A stretch of DNA of 64,000 nt from Vitrella brassicaformis CCMP3155 (taxonomy: Eukaryota > Protista > Chromerida): NCBI GenBank assembly GCA_001179505.1, contig CDMY01000022.1, forward strand, positions 1 through 64,000. Reading direction: 5' to 3'. Below the pieces are notes generated by a model. It was not told the origin of the DNA, made no database searches, and saw only the letters and a program-made list of their open reading frames with translations. The translations under genes were made by a program, and so were the position numbers. Positions 13,994-27,464 of this stretch are shown here, one piece after another (positions within the stretch are counted from its first letter, which is position 1; each line of letters opens with the position of its first letter).

Positions 13994-16900
13994 GATGACC
14001 ACACAGCACAGCATACACAACACAACACAACACGGGGGGNNNNNNNNNNNNNNNNNNNNNNNNNNNNNNNNNNNNNNNNNNNNNNNNNNNNNNNNNNNNN
14101 NNNNNNNNNNNNNNNNNNNNNNNNNNNNNNNNNNNNNNNNNNNNNNNNNNNNNNNNNNNNNNNNNNNNNNNNNNNNNNNNNNNNNNNNNNNNNNNNNNNN
14201 NNNNNNNNNNNNNNNNNNNNNNNNNNNNNNNNNNNNNNNNNNNNNNNNNNNNNNNNNNNNNNNNNNNNNNNNNNNNNNNNNNNNNNNNNNNNNNNNNNNN
14301 NNNNNNNNNNNNNNNNNNNNNNNNNNNNNNNNNNNNNNNGGGGGGAGGTGCCATGTCAGGCAGGACGGACGGTCCGTCGGGAGGCGGGAGTGAGAGAGAG
14401 AGAGAGAAAGGGACATACGGAGAGAGGAGAACGGTACGGCTTCGGTCTGACTCACTCATTCATTCGGTCGGTCGATCCTCGGGCTGTTTTGTCCGGCGGC
14501 GTGTGTGTCTCGTGTCTCGTTTTGGGTTGGCTTGCGTTGCGTTGCGTATTGTTTCGTTTTGTTTTGTTTTGTTGTTATTTTTGGTTGTGCGTAAGCGGTC
14601 CTTCAAATGAGGGCCGGCCACATTGACCACCAACCTTTTACGACAGACAGACAGACACAGACAGACACAGACAGACAGGACAGATGGATGGATGGATGGA
14701 GTTTGCCTTTCCCACACCACACCACACGTCACACACACACACACACACGCACACGCCCCTGAGGAGCCCACAGGCGCCTCGGGCGCGAATTCCACGCCAC
14801 ACCGTTGATGTGATGCATCTACACACCACGAGACGAACAATTCTCGTAGCGCCGTCCACACACACACACACACACAGGTTCATTATGAATGGATGGATGA
14901 ATGATTTTCGTAAAGCGACAGCCTACAGCTTTTCTTCTCCTTCTTCGTTTGTGGCCTTGTTGGTTGATGAAATAATGGATGGCTCCACTGTCGCGCGTGT
15001 GTGCGCGTGGAGAACAGGGGACGGGGCGGGGGGCGGAGGGAGGGAGGGGGAGTTGACATACAGCGCCAGACGCGCTGCATTTTGCTTGCGGTTGTCTCGG
15101 CAAATGTTATACTCCATTCTTCCGTGCGCTTGTCCATCCATCCATCCATCCATTCCTCCCTGTCTGTTTGTATGTTTGTCTGTCTGTATCTCGGCTTACT
15201 GGAGGGGGGCAACGATTTTGGTTTTGGTACCTACCTGCCCATGAGCACCGCACGCACCCTTGCGCAACCAAGAGAGTCTTGGCATAGAGAGAGAGAGAGA
15301 TGGAGGAGCGGACGGGCGGGCGGGCGGATGAGTGAGTGGACATCGGTTGCTTTTCAACGACCCTATCTGTTTGGATATATCACCCGACCCACCCACTCAT
15401 TCACTACCGACACGACACACACACACACAGCTGCATCACACACATACAACCGACCGATGAGTGAGCGAGACGGCGACTGACTAACTGACTGACTGACTGG
15501 CTGACCGACCGACCGACCGACTTCCCCACACGAGCAAGGAAGAAAGAATCGCTGTGTGTCTATGCCTGTGAGGCGTGTGGTGTGGAGGTGTGTGGTGTGT
15601 GGTGCACGCCGCCCGTCCGTCGGCACAGAGGCCGTCCATTGCATGGCATGAAGGAGACGCGCACGGCCTGCCTGCCTGCCTGTGGGGTGGGGTGGGGTGG
15701 GGTGGAGTAAGAGAGGAGGGGAGTGGCGGGCAGCAAGAGAGAGAGAGAATCGAGCGAACAAGTTTTTTCGGTTTATCGCCGGGAGGGAGGGAGTGGGAAT
15801 GGACACGGACACGACAATCGTGGGTGGGGTGGGGTGGCAGTGGGACCTTGACACCGACTGGTCTGTCTTGGGTATGACGCGACTTATGTGTACAGCTGGC
15901 CGGGTTGATTCACACCTGACTGACACACCCTGCACACACACACACCCACCCACACGACACACGACGCACTGAGAGAGAGAGAGAGGGGGAGAGATGGACT
16001 ATTTTGGTGCTTTGGTGGGTGGGTGCCTGTCTATCTTATCTATACTCACTCACTCCTTCATTCATTGACTGCTGACGACTTACCCGACTTACTCGGCTGG
16101 CTACTCTCTGGTTGCTGAGACGCCTCCTGGCTCGGTGCGGTGTTTGATCTAATTAGTTGACTGCAGTGGTATACAGACGGAGGGAGACAGGGATGGATGG
16201 ATGGATGGATCGGCGGATGGGCGGGTCGTGGCTGAATGAGCGTCAAGCCACGCCCCCCACGCCAGGCAGACTGACAGAGAAGCAGAGACGCGGATCACTC
16301 GATGCGTCCGTGTGCATGGGCAGCTGTGGCTTTGACCGTTGGATGGCTGGACGGATGGCTGGCTGGCTGGCTGGCTGACAGGGGAGAGAACCCACAGACA
16401 GACAGCCAGACAGACAGCCCAACAGACAGCGTTTTGATTCCGCTTGCTCGTCTTGTTGCCTTTTTGTTGTGTGTGCTGTCTGTGTGTCTTGTCTGTCGAA
16501 ATCCTCTCCCCGCGTGCCGCACTCTCTCATTGCTGTGTGGGGCCGTGGAGGGTGCGTGTGGTCGGTGGCCTCGGCGCGCACACACGTCAGCGTCGAGTGA
16601 AGGACCCACGGGGGTACCACCATGCATCCCTCCAGCCATCGATTGCGAGGCGGCCAGCCTGTCTGTCTGCCTGTCTGTCTTCATGCATATGTGTGTGTGT
16701 GTGTGTGTGCGTCTGTGTCTGAGCAGGTGCCACCTCTGTGCTGTGCAAATGTCTTTGTCGCATGCCCCTCTGCCTCTCTGCCTCTCTGCCTCTCTGCCTG
16801 CCTGTCTGCCTGCCTGTGTGGCCGCCTGGTCGTGTATGCGCCTGTGCGTGGGGGTGTCTTGGTGTCTTGGTGTGTGGAGGTGTTGGTGTGCAAGCCATGG

Positions 16901-19341
16901 TGCTGTCTTTTTTCCGCCGTTGCAGTCATTCACTCATTGCGTCGCCTGTCTGCCTGCCTGCCATCGTGTGTCTATGATGATGTGTCAGTGTGTCAGTGTG
17001 TCTGTCTGCGTGTGTGATTCAGCAAGCGTAATACACAGCTGCCTGAATGAATGCCTGACTGACTGACTGAATGCGCTCTCTGGTGTCGGCCAGCCAGCCA
17101 GCCAGCCAGTCTGCCTGTGCGCGGGGATTTTTGACCATGGAAGTGGTGTCCTGCGGTGCGGTGCTCTTTCGCTTTGAGCGAGTGTCCGCGGGCCATGGTG
17201 GTGTGTATGGGTCATGGGGGCATGCCATGGGTGGGGTTGTGTGCATTGGCTGCTTTGGGGTGTGATGTGGTGTGGTGTGATGTGGTGTGTCGAACGGAGG
17301 GTTCATTTTGACACCAAACAGACGGAGGAACTCTGTCATATGACATGGCATACTTCCTCACCGGGTGTGTGTCTGCCTGCCCATCACTGGGGGGTAGACA
17401 GCGCATGTGTGTGTGTGTGTGTGTGTGTGTTTCGTGTTACGTGTTACGTTCTGCCCCACCCCCCACTCCACCTCCACCCCCACCCCCTAACACCACACCC
17501 TCTTTGCTCACTCTCACTTGATGCGTCTGTCCGTGTGGTTGGGTCCTTTTGGCTGTGCTGGGTTGTGAATGTGTCTGTGTGTGTGTACGTGTAAGTGTAA
17601 GGGTAAGTACATGGCTGGTCGGTCGACTGAATGACGCGAGCAACCGAGCTGCGGTCCTTCCGTCCCTCCAGCCAGCCAGCCAGCCGCTGTCGATGCCGCA
17701 GCTTGCGGCATGCAGCTTGGGCTGGTCACCACGGGGGTGTGGTCGTCGTGTGCGTAGCGTACGGTGTGTGATCGAGATGTGTGGATGTGTGTCGCGTTGT
17801 CATGTGTGTTTAAGATTGGTCTCTCTCTCTCTTTCTCTTCAAGTCTCTCCAACTCTCACTCTCGCTCGCTGTCTGCCTGTTCTTGAGCCAGCGTGAGCTG
17901 CTATGACGGCCAGCTGGCCGTCTCCTCTCGATGATCCATTCCAGCTTCTCTGCTCGACTCGACTCTACTCGACTCGACTCGAGCTCTCTCTTTTCTGCAG
18001 TGGTGGGAGGGTGGGGGAGGAAGTGGGGATCACATGAAAGAAGTGTTGATACAGCGAGAGACACGTGCTGCTGCTGTCACTGCTGCTGCCTTGGGTGGAT
18101 GGGCTCACTCTTTTTCGCACTCTATCTTACTGACTACTGGTAAGACGAGCTACGTAACCTCCAGCCCATCCGCTCACTCACCTCGCCTGTGGAGCAGCTG
18201 TTTTGTTTGTACTGTCTGTCGAGTCATATGCCTGCCTGTCCATCAAGCGTGTCCATCAAGCGTGTCCGTCGGTCGGTCGGTCGGTCGGTCGGTCGGGAAC
18301 GCAGCCTAGCCAGCGACGGAGAGAGGGCATTTTTAAGCGACTTTGTGGGCACTGGGCAGGGGAGGAAATGTCTTATCCCGTGGGCGTCGGGATTGGCTCG
18401 TCGTCGATGCGCGATAGATGGCTGGCTGACACGCACGCCACGCCCGGAGGGCGTGACGGGGGGTGAGAGGCTGACCCATACAAGCATGCCACACGCAGGC
18501 ACGGAGACTAAGACATATTCACGTAGCTACCTCCTCGGCCGTCTTATTGCCGTCTGTCTTGCCCTTCTTCACACACTGACTCCCGCTCTCGTGTGGGAAA
18601 GAGGGAGGGGGACAGGGGGAGAGGGAGAGAGGGAGGGGAAGGTGGTCAGCCTACTGGCAGGCGCTTGGTGAGAGGTGCGTGAGATGATGAGTGGATGGAT
18701 GGATGTGCGTCCATGTCTCGTGTGTGTCGTTACTTACCGGTATTTTTCCCCGAAAACACGACTTATATTATATGACACTGACTGAATGTGAAGGGGAGTG
18801 CTGATTCATTCGCCCGCCGACTGGGTGGGGTGGGTGCGGCACATGGGGTGGGGTGAGGTGAGTAGGGTGAGTGAGTGAGTGAGGTAAGGCAGCCCACGCA
18901 ATTTCTGGGACGTACACACACGCACACATGCCTACACACACGCACACTCACATGCAGCCCCTGGCAGGGCGATGGAGCACACACACTAGTACTCACACAT
19001 ACGCGACTACGCGACTCGTTGATTGATGCATTCACATTCATTGGATGGACATGCGGACATGTGGATGTGCGAATGAACATGCTGCGCGGCGTGGAGCTGC
19101 GGTATGCTATGCTATGCTATGCTGTGATGTGTTGCTTGCCCGCGTCTCATCAGTGTGGCGTGCATGCCATATGCTCTCTCCCTCTTACTTACACGCGTGA
19201 CACACACACGAACAGACATCACCTTTTTGTCACTCACTCGCCGTGGAGGCATCGAATCGTTCGATGGTCCGATTCATTCAACGACAGAGCTGTCTCGTGT
19301 CCCACTGTCCAGTATCTCCCGCACTCTCACTCAAACCAATC

Positions 19342-20751
19342 TCACCAAAAGACCCACCATCTCTTAGGCAGCACCACCTCACAAAACGCCGCCTCAACAG
19401 GCGTCAGCACCGCCCCCTCACCACCACCACACGGCCTCCGCTCTTTCATCGTGTCGGTCATCCTCTCCCAGTGCGCCTCGATGGCCGCCTCCTCTCCTGG
19501 TGGCCAAAACAGGATGCTACGGACATTCAGTGCCATCACACCAGCAACCACAGCAGCAGAGACGGCCGTAACAGCCGTCGCCCGCGAGGCGACCACTGCG
19601 TTGAGTCCCATCTTGGACAGAGCCGCGAACAGGCCGCTGCCCAGCCATGGTGACACCAGCAGCAGGAGAGGAGCGAAGAGCAGCAGGCATGACGCCCAGT
19701 TGACCTCTGCGAGCGGTGCAAATCGCCCCGTTGCCACGCCGATGGCCCATTGCTCGTTGTTGCCGATACGGCTGTGGTACTGCAGTGGGCCGAGCCACTG
19801 TGCCACCCGCTTGTGGATGTCAGCAACGTCTCGGGTGTCGAGGCTTGTCACCGCCTCGACCTTCGGCCACCATACGCCGGCTGAAGCGAAGGAATGCAGA
19901 GACACGATGCGCACTCGGCCATTCTGCCCCGCTGCGCCCCGCCTGGCCATGGGTGGGGGGTAGCTGATTGAAGAGAGGAAGCCGATGGTGCACATGGTGT
20001 CCGTGCCGGCGGCCTTGATCAGACGGGCCATCTCTTTGAGCCTCTTGTCGGAGATGAAGGCTGCCTGCCCTTCATGATCACGGGTCGCGTTGATGCATGT
20101 CTCCTTGAGCAGCCGTGCTGTTGCTGCAGCCCCGCTCGAGTTGGTGCTTGTGGTGGCATTGTCAGACAGGCTGAGGTCCAGCAGGGAAAAACCCGGCTTG
20201 GTCTTCTCAGTGACTGTCATCCTTTTCGGCAGCCTCGATGATCTCCTCACTCTCTCAATGGCCTTCACCATTGTAGCATTGGCCGTGCCAGCTGTCTGCA
20301 TGCTCGTGCTGCTACCGTAGCTGCTGCCGTCCTGTGTGAATTCTCCAATCAGCCCACGGCCAAGGTAGATGCCGTAGTGCTTCTGCCACCAGCCGTGAGT
20401 CCTTCTAATGATGGCGCCAGGCTTGACGGGGCTGCCGTAGCTGTCTCGCAGAGTCGAAAGGTGTGCGGCGTCACACTCATTGAGGGTCGAGACCAGTGCG
20501 CCACACAGGAAGGAGGCCGGGTCCCAGGCGGCGCCCTCGGCCTGCCATGCATATGGCCATCGGGGCCCCAAGGAATGCACCGCCAGCAGGAGGAGGGCCG
20601 TGAAGCTCAGCAAAGTCTGCAGAGAAGCGACGACGAGAGGATCGATGCACCACGTTGTCTGCTTTCTTGCAGTGGTGGTCTGCTTCCTTGCACCTGCTCG
20701 GTACCTGCATCGTGCCCTCTGCGTCAGCTGCAGTGTCACGCGCCTCGGCAC
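19342..20751 (-). CDS. Intronless LRAT/PLAAT-like (permuted NlpC/P60) membrane protein, probably catalytically inactive
   Basis: 469-aa single ORF. PGAII..HYGIYLGRG H-box at 20361-20390, degenerate NCEHF motif as YHSRIGNNEQWA at ~19745-19780, hydrophobic N- and C-terminal segments. Confidence 0.7.
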   Translation of the reverse strand: MPRRVTLQLTQRARCRYRAGARKQTTTARKQTTWCIDPLVVASLQTLLSFTALLLLAVHSLGPRWPYAWQAEGAAWDPASFLCGALVSTLNECDAAHLSTLRDSYGSPVKPGAIIRRTHGWWQKHYGIYLGRGLIGEFTQDGSSYGSSTSMQTAGTANATMVKAIERVRRSSRLPKRMTVTEKTKPGFSLLDLSLSDNATTSTNSSGAAATARLLKETCINATRDHEGQAAFISDKRLKEMARLIKAAGTDTMCTIGFLSSISYPPPMARRGAAGQNGRVRIVSLHSFASAGVWWPKVEAVTSLDTRDVADIHKRVAQWLGPLQYHSRIGNNEQWAIGVATGRFAPLAEVNWASCLLLFAPLLLLVSPWLGSGLFAALSKMGLNAVVASRATAVTAVSAAVVAGVMALNVRSILFWPPGEEAAIEAHWERMTDTMKERRPCGGGEGAVLTPVEAAFCEVVLPKRWWVFW

Positions 20752-20960
20752 TGCCCGCCTTGCTGCCCGCTGTCGTCGGCGACGTCCGCTTGCTTCTTTC
20801 GCTGTTTTTCTTCGTCTTGGTTGATTGAATAAGCATGCACTCGGTCAAACACTGCGAGCTCAAGGGTTTCGCAGGCGTCGCCGACTTTTGCGCAGAAGAA
20901 GCCGCCGCAGCTCATCCGTTCGACTCTGCAGCAGCTGAGGGCTCAGTTGGCAGTCGCGAG

Positions 20961-21176
20961 ATGGGTGCGGTTCGTCGCGGGTTCACGGCGTTTCTGATAC
21001 TGATGCTGGTGGTGGTCACAGCGGCCTCGGGGAAGGACTACGCGTTCCACTGGGGCGTGGCGCTCATATCGCTGGTGATGCTGTTCCTCGCCGACCTCAT
21101 GTTCTTCACCGAGGCCGACTTCCAATTCGACCCCTTCTACCAAAACTGGGCCAAGAGAACGGACCCCAACTACTGA
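20961..21176 (+). CDS. Small two-TM membrane protein (71 aa; an in-frame upstream ATG at 20835 gives 113 aa)
   Basis: MGAVRRGFTAFLILMLVVVTAASGKDYAFHWGVALISLVMLFLADLMFFTEADFQFDPFYQNWAKRTDPNY*: two hydrophobic helices, GC3-rich coding-like codons, no microsatellites. Confidence 0.65.
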   Translation: MGAVRRGFTAFLILMLVVVTAASGKDYAFHWGVALISLVMLFLADLMFFTEADFQFDPFYQNWAKRTDPNY

Positions 21177-23301
21177 CCAAGGAGGGAGCAGAGGGAGGAG
21201 ATGCTGATATGGTAGAGGACAGACAGACACGGGACCGCCGGAGTGGGGACAGATGGCGCGCTTCGACGATGGAGCTGGTGCTGATCATGCGTGCGAGAGA
21301 GGAGAGGATGGATGGATGCTACTCGGCGTACTGCTGCTGCTGCTACTTGTTTCGATGTGTACAGCTTACCTTCTTGCTTGGCTGCGTTTCTTTTGACTGC
21401 CTATGTGTGAGTACGTGTGCGCCCATGAGAGCGGAGCGGAGCGCGACGTCGATGCGTTGGTGCTGTCTGTCTGTTGTGGTGTGGTGTGTGTGGACTGCCG
21501 TCACCTTGACGAGTGCGACAAATCCTATCGAGCGCCCCCGTTTCGATGAGATTCGTGATGTTCGTTGAGCTGACGATTGTCCCGTCCTCCACACAGCGTA
21601 TCGACGAACACCTCACTCAGTTGACGCGTTGGCGTGAGGCTGAATGTCTGTGATTTGGTGCTGTAGGGAACGGCTGGCTGCCTTGTTCTCTCTGCGGCTG
21701 TCATGTCGGTGTGACTGCGGATGGATGTGGGTGTGTGACACGCGTGCTTTATGAAGTTTTGTTTGATGAGCTCAATCAGCGAGCGAGTTGAGCAAACACG
21801 CATGGCATGCGATAAGAGCATTCATCAGATCACTGACTGGTTCGTCACGGTTCGACACGGTGGCGATGGCTGCTGTGCTGAGCCCACTCACTCACTCCAC
21901 CATCAATCAATCAATCAACCAATCAATCAACCACAGCACACATCGAGACAGGCACCCCACCCCACCCTCAACACACACATCCGAAAGCAAGACAGACAGA
22001 CAGACAGACAGCTGTACACGAGTGACACGCCAGGTGGTCTGTCTCTATGCGCTCACTCAATCACTCAATCACTCCTGCAGGCCTGCATCCAGACAATTAG
22101 TTGGCCTGTCAGTCAGGTCAGGGCCTATCTATCGTGTGTGATTGATTTCTATCCACAACCCTCCCCTCCCCCTGCCCCCCCCCCGGCCCATCATGTGCTC
22201 CAAAAAGCCCTCTTTAATTAATTGACCGACGTTCATCTCTTTACACACACACACACACACGCACCCACGGCCCCATACTTGAATCACAGCTGGGCAATGC
22301 ATCCATCTCTGAGGAAGAATATCAGCAGACAGAAACGGCCGAAAACCTTCAGCAGCTGCTGAAGATTCAACTCTGTGGGTAGGCAATGCCACGCCAAGCG
22401 GCCCCCGCCTCTCTCCTGTCCGCTGTCTGTCTGTCTGTCTCTCTGTCAGAATGCGCTATGTGAAGAAGTTGCCCCCGCCTCGCCAAGAATGGCTTCCGCG
22501 AGGGCCACACAACACCCGCTTCTTTGCTTCTTTGTGCTACCTCTGTCTCTCTGAGTGTCTCTGTCTGCTGCACATGAGTCCAGTCCGGTGGTGTGTCTGT
22601 CGCCCTGACTCCCTCCCTCCCTCCCTCCCTTGTATCCTTCGCCGAGTTGCGTCACCGTGGTGAAGACAGGGAGACAGCTGACGGGCGAGAGAGAAGGAAA
22701 AGGAGAGCTGGAGACACACACACTGCAGGCATGATGACACCCACCCCAAGGTACCCCAAGCCCATTCCCTCCCCGTCATCTCTCTCTCTCTCCCCCCGGC
22801 CCCTCCTCCCCACACACACACACGCACACTCATGGATGGATGGATGGCGGATGGATGGATGGCGGATGGATGGATGAAGGCAAGAAGGCAGTCATGGCTG
22901 ACAGGCGCGACACGGCACTTAGAGAACGTTGATTGACACACACTGATGAATGGGCTTGCTGTCTGTCTGTCTGTCTGGCTGGCAGCTTCAAGGCTGACTC
23001 TGACGGCCACAGAGAGAGCAGAAAGCTTCACTCAACTCAATTCGACTCCACTCGCCCCGTCAGTCAGGCAGTCAGTCAGTCGGCAGAGAAGGGGAGGATG
23101 CAGAGAGGCAGAAATTTCTTCGAGTGCGTGCGGATTGTGCAGTGTGCAGCAGGGGGTTCGGGAAGGCGCGTGCTCTCCCGGATGCAGCGGGTGGGAGGGG
23201 GTGAGAGGGAGTGGACAGCACAGCAAGAAGGAAGCAGGCACCCTCCCACCGCTCTGCACTGCACTGCTCTGCTGGTCGATCCCTCCATGCACGTGTGTGT
23301 C

Positions 23302-23336
<35 letters not shown>

Positions 23337-23556
23337 AGAGAGGATGTGTGAGGCAGACAGACGGACGGACGGACGGATGGATGGCCTAAGAGATGACTGA
23401 CCGACCTGACTGCAGCACGGCCCATAGTAGCCTATGCATGCACACACACTCACCCACCCACCACCCACTTATTTGCCGGCCGCCGGCTCGTCGACGGCCG
23501 GCTGCTGCTGCTGCTGCTGCTGCTATTGCGTGACACTTGCCGTGCCGCCATGGTAG

Positions 23557-26500
23557 CTAGGACGAGCAACCGGCGGCCTGCCCTCCCCCGCCCCCGCCCC
23601 CGCCCCCCACCGCTGACACGTCGTCAATGCCTCGCTGCTGTGGCCGCTGCAGGTCCTGCGTCACGGCAGCGAGGTACGACGGACGGACACCACCCCCCGC
23701 CACTGGCCGACGGCTGGGAGGCCCACCCACGCCCACATCCATCTGCCCTCTGTTGATCTTGGTGTTGTTGAGTGTGTAAAGGGGCGGCGGGGGCGGCTGG
23801 TGGGGCTGGGTGTAGGGGGGACAGGGCGGCTGGAAGGAGTGATGGTGGTGGGATCCGAATCCGAATGCTGGTGGGCGCATTGGATGGGCGTGGGGGTGCT
23901 GGTATGGATGGTGTGATGACCGGCGGGAGGGCCGTGGTCCCAGGATGGGCCCCTGCTGCCTACCGGGCGTCTCGAGTGCCGTCTTGGCGATCTGGAGTGC
24001 CTTGAGGGGCAGATGCGACACCAGCTCGGTCAGCTCGCGGCCGTGCAGCGCCTCAACCAACTCTACCAACAACTGCCACCCATCCATCCATCCATCCGTC
24101 CATCCATCCATCCAGCAACACAACACAAGACAATGACAAAGGACCCTTTTGTATGGTAAAAGCGGTGCGTACGATACCTGACAGTCTGGTGGCGAGATGA
24201 CTTTTGCGTCCGGTCCGTAAGGGCGCTTCAGCGGGGGAAACGTGAACTTGGTGAAGCACGCGGGCGCGAAGGGCGCCGCAGCCAGTGCTCTGGGGTTGAT
24301 GGCGCCGGTGCTGCTGTTGCTGCTGTTGCTTGTCTCCGCACCGCCATTGGCCGCCGGCTGCTCGTCCTTCAAAACGATTTGTGCACACAGACAGATGAGA
24401 ACAAAGGCGGACAAATGAGTGTGTGTGTGGGTGTGGGTGTGTTGGGGGTGTAGCTGCCGACGTACGTTGTGTGTGGGTGTGTTCTTGGTGGTGTTGTCTT
24501 TCTTGGCGTGTTGCCACAGCTCGATGTGCAGGGGGATGGGCGAGATGCCGTAGGCCGCTCGGACGAGGTCGACCGCCCGCTCGACATGGTGGCCCTGTAG
24601 ACACCCCTTGAGCAGCACCGAGTACAGCTTCGAATCGACACTCACACCCTGCCGCAGGCACACACAGACATCCATCCAGTTCTTCCACCATGACACACAC
24701 ATGAGCGGTGGTTTGTTGTGTGGGGGTGTGGGAGAAAGGGACGGGGGGGGNNNNNNNNNNNNNNNNNNNNNNNNNNNNNNNNNNNNNNNNNNNNNNNNNN
24801 NNNNNNNNNNNNNNNNNNNNNNNNNNNNNNNNNNNNNNNNNNNNNNNNNNNNNNNNNNNNNNNNNNNNNNNNNNNNNNNNNNNNNNNNNNNNNNNNNNNN
24901 NNNNNNNNNNNNNNNNNNNNNNNNNNNNNNNNNNNNNNNNNNNNNNNNNNNNNNNNNNNNNNNNNNNNNNNNNNNNNNNNNNNNNNNNNNNNNNNNNNNN
25001 NNNNNNNNNNNNNNNNNNNNNNNNNNNNNNNNNNNNNNNNNNNNNNNNNNGGGATAGATAGGCTCAGCTCACTCACTGTATTGTGTGGTGACTTGTTCGA
25101 GCAGCTGGAAGGCCTTCTTGACCTGACGTGCGCGGCCCAACACCTTCACCAGCCCCTGCAGACACACCACATAAACCAGATGCCCACCTCCATCCACCCA
25201 CCTGTCTGTCTGTCTGCCTGTTTGTGTAGTCCTCACCGTGAGTGTGCGATTAGTGGGCGGCACGTTAGCCCGTTTCATGTCTTCGAGCACGGCCAGCGCC
25301 TGGTCGGCGAGCCGGGTAGTGGGCTGCGACGCGCCACGACGGTGAGGACCCCCGCCGACACCACCATTGTTCTCACACCACACGTCCTTGCCGCCCGCAG
25401 GAGGGCTCCCACAACCTGGTCACCATCACACGCACACACACACTTATCTCCCAGAGTGCGGTGCTGTGCTGTTTGTTGTGTGTGTGTATGTGTGTGTGTG
25501 TGTGAGTTTGTGTTGACATTCGATGACGGCGTTGTAGGTGTGTTCGTCGAACATGGCGCCGGTGCCCTGCGTCTTGAGGTGGGTGTAGTACCTGAGGGCC
25601 GAGTCGGTGTCGCCGCTGCTGCAGTAGGCCTTGAGGGCCGTCAGCTGCGCTGAGGCATCCGGGCACATACCTCGCTGACGCATCCCCTGCACCCATCGAC
25701 ACGTGATAGCATATGGAAGGATCGACGTGATCCATGTGTGTGTGGGTGTGGGTGTGAGTGTGAGACTGAGTGACAGACACACCGAGAGCAGGTACTCGAC
25801 ATGGTCGGCCCTCTTGCACTTGGCGCAGGCCTCCAGCAGCTCGCTGTACACCGCCGCGTCCATCGCCACACCACGCTCTTCCATCGTCTGAACGCACAAC
25901 ATCCCAACGCCCAACGCCGGAGCACACGAGTGTGAGTCCATCAATTCTCCCGCCGACCGCCCCGCCCGATGAGCCCACCCACCCCACCTTGTATAACTGC
26001 AGGGCGTCGTCGATTTTGTGTGCCTGCGCCAGGCCCTTGAGGACGGTGCAGTACAGCAGCGGGTTGCCGCTGACGTTCTCCTGGCCGTAGGATGATGGGC
26101 CGCTAATGCCACTCACGCCCATCCGCATGCCGCCCGCCAGGCCTTTTGTGTGGATGATGGTGGGATGGTGGGTGGGGGGCGAGAAGGCGTAGCTGTCGAG
26201 CGTGGTGGATGTGGCCGTGGAGACGGATGTAGGGGACGTGTCGGTGTGGGGGGGCAACACGGGTGGTGCAGGCTGCTGCTGATGGTGCTGCTGCTGCTGC
26301 TGCTTGTGCAAGTCCCTGGCCGTGGGCGTGGGCGTGGTGGCGGCCTCGAGCTCCTCCAGCACCTGGAAAGCCGTGTCCACATCCTGACATCCCCCCCCCC
26401 CACACACACACACATCCATCCATCCATCTCCTTGTCTGCCTATCCTAGTGCATCGTACCTTATTCGCAACAAGCGCCTCTACGAAGCACCCCGTAGTCGC

Positions 26501-27424
26501 TTTGTCAACGGGCACGTTGAGCGCCTTGAGCTCGCGCCACAGCTCCCACACCCTGCCCATGGCCCCCAGCCGCCCGTAACCCCGGATGAGCGCCCCATAG
26601 ATGGAGGGCGATAAGCCGCCCGACCCCGCCAGGATGCCGTCATGGCTGGTGGTGGCTTGGTCGCCTGTGTCCTGGACGGACTTGCGGCGCAGCTGACGCT
26701 CGCACACCGGCAGCTGAGATGTGCAGAGAGAGAGAGGCAGGTATGTCGGTGTGGGTGAGTGAGACACATACATACACACACCATGTTTGGCAGAAGGTCT
26801 GTGAGGCTCATGCGGATGCAAGTGTCGACCATCGACGTGAGCAGCACCTGACAAGCAACGAAACGCATCCAGCGCTCACACACACACACACACACAACGT
26901 CCTCTCTACAAGTGGACTTGCCTCGTCCATTTCTGTGTCAGGGAGGTGGCGCACAACGTCGAGACGACGCTTCACGACCTGCACACACACACACACACAA
27001 GGGGCATGGCACATTGGTGGGGTGTACAGGGGGTCTGCTGGTGTGTTGTTCGTTCGTTGGCTCGTTACGCACATCGGGGTGTGTGTCAGGCAAGAGGGAG
27101 TCGAGCAGGGCGCAGCACGTGTGCGCGTTGGGGGCCACCTGGTCCTCCGCCATCATGGACAGCGCCTCGTCTACCCACTCGCTGCACATCCATCCATCCA
27201 TCCATCGATCGCTTTGTGGTCGGATGCGTCGACACATCCCTCCCTCCCTCCCTCCGTCCCTGTTTGTCTGTCTGTCTGTCTCACTCTATGTTGGGTGTGT
27301 TTTTGTGGGTGGCGGCGCCCAGGAGTGTGTTGTACGTGACGCGGTTGGGCCGCACGTCGTAGTTGCGCATCAGTTTGACCACTTCACGCGCCTCCACACA
27401 CATGCCGCTGCTAACAAAACCCTA

Positions 27425-27464
<40 letters not shown>

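Noticed and set aside
22300-23200. Possible + strand exons (SEEEYQQTETAENLQQLLKIQLC and others)
   Set aside because: Could not be joined into a consistent ORF with start and stop; no motif support.
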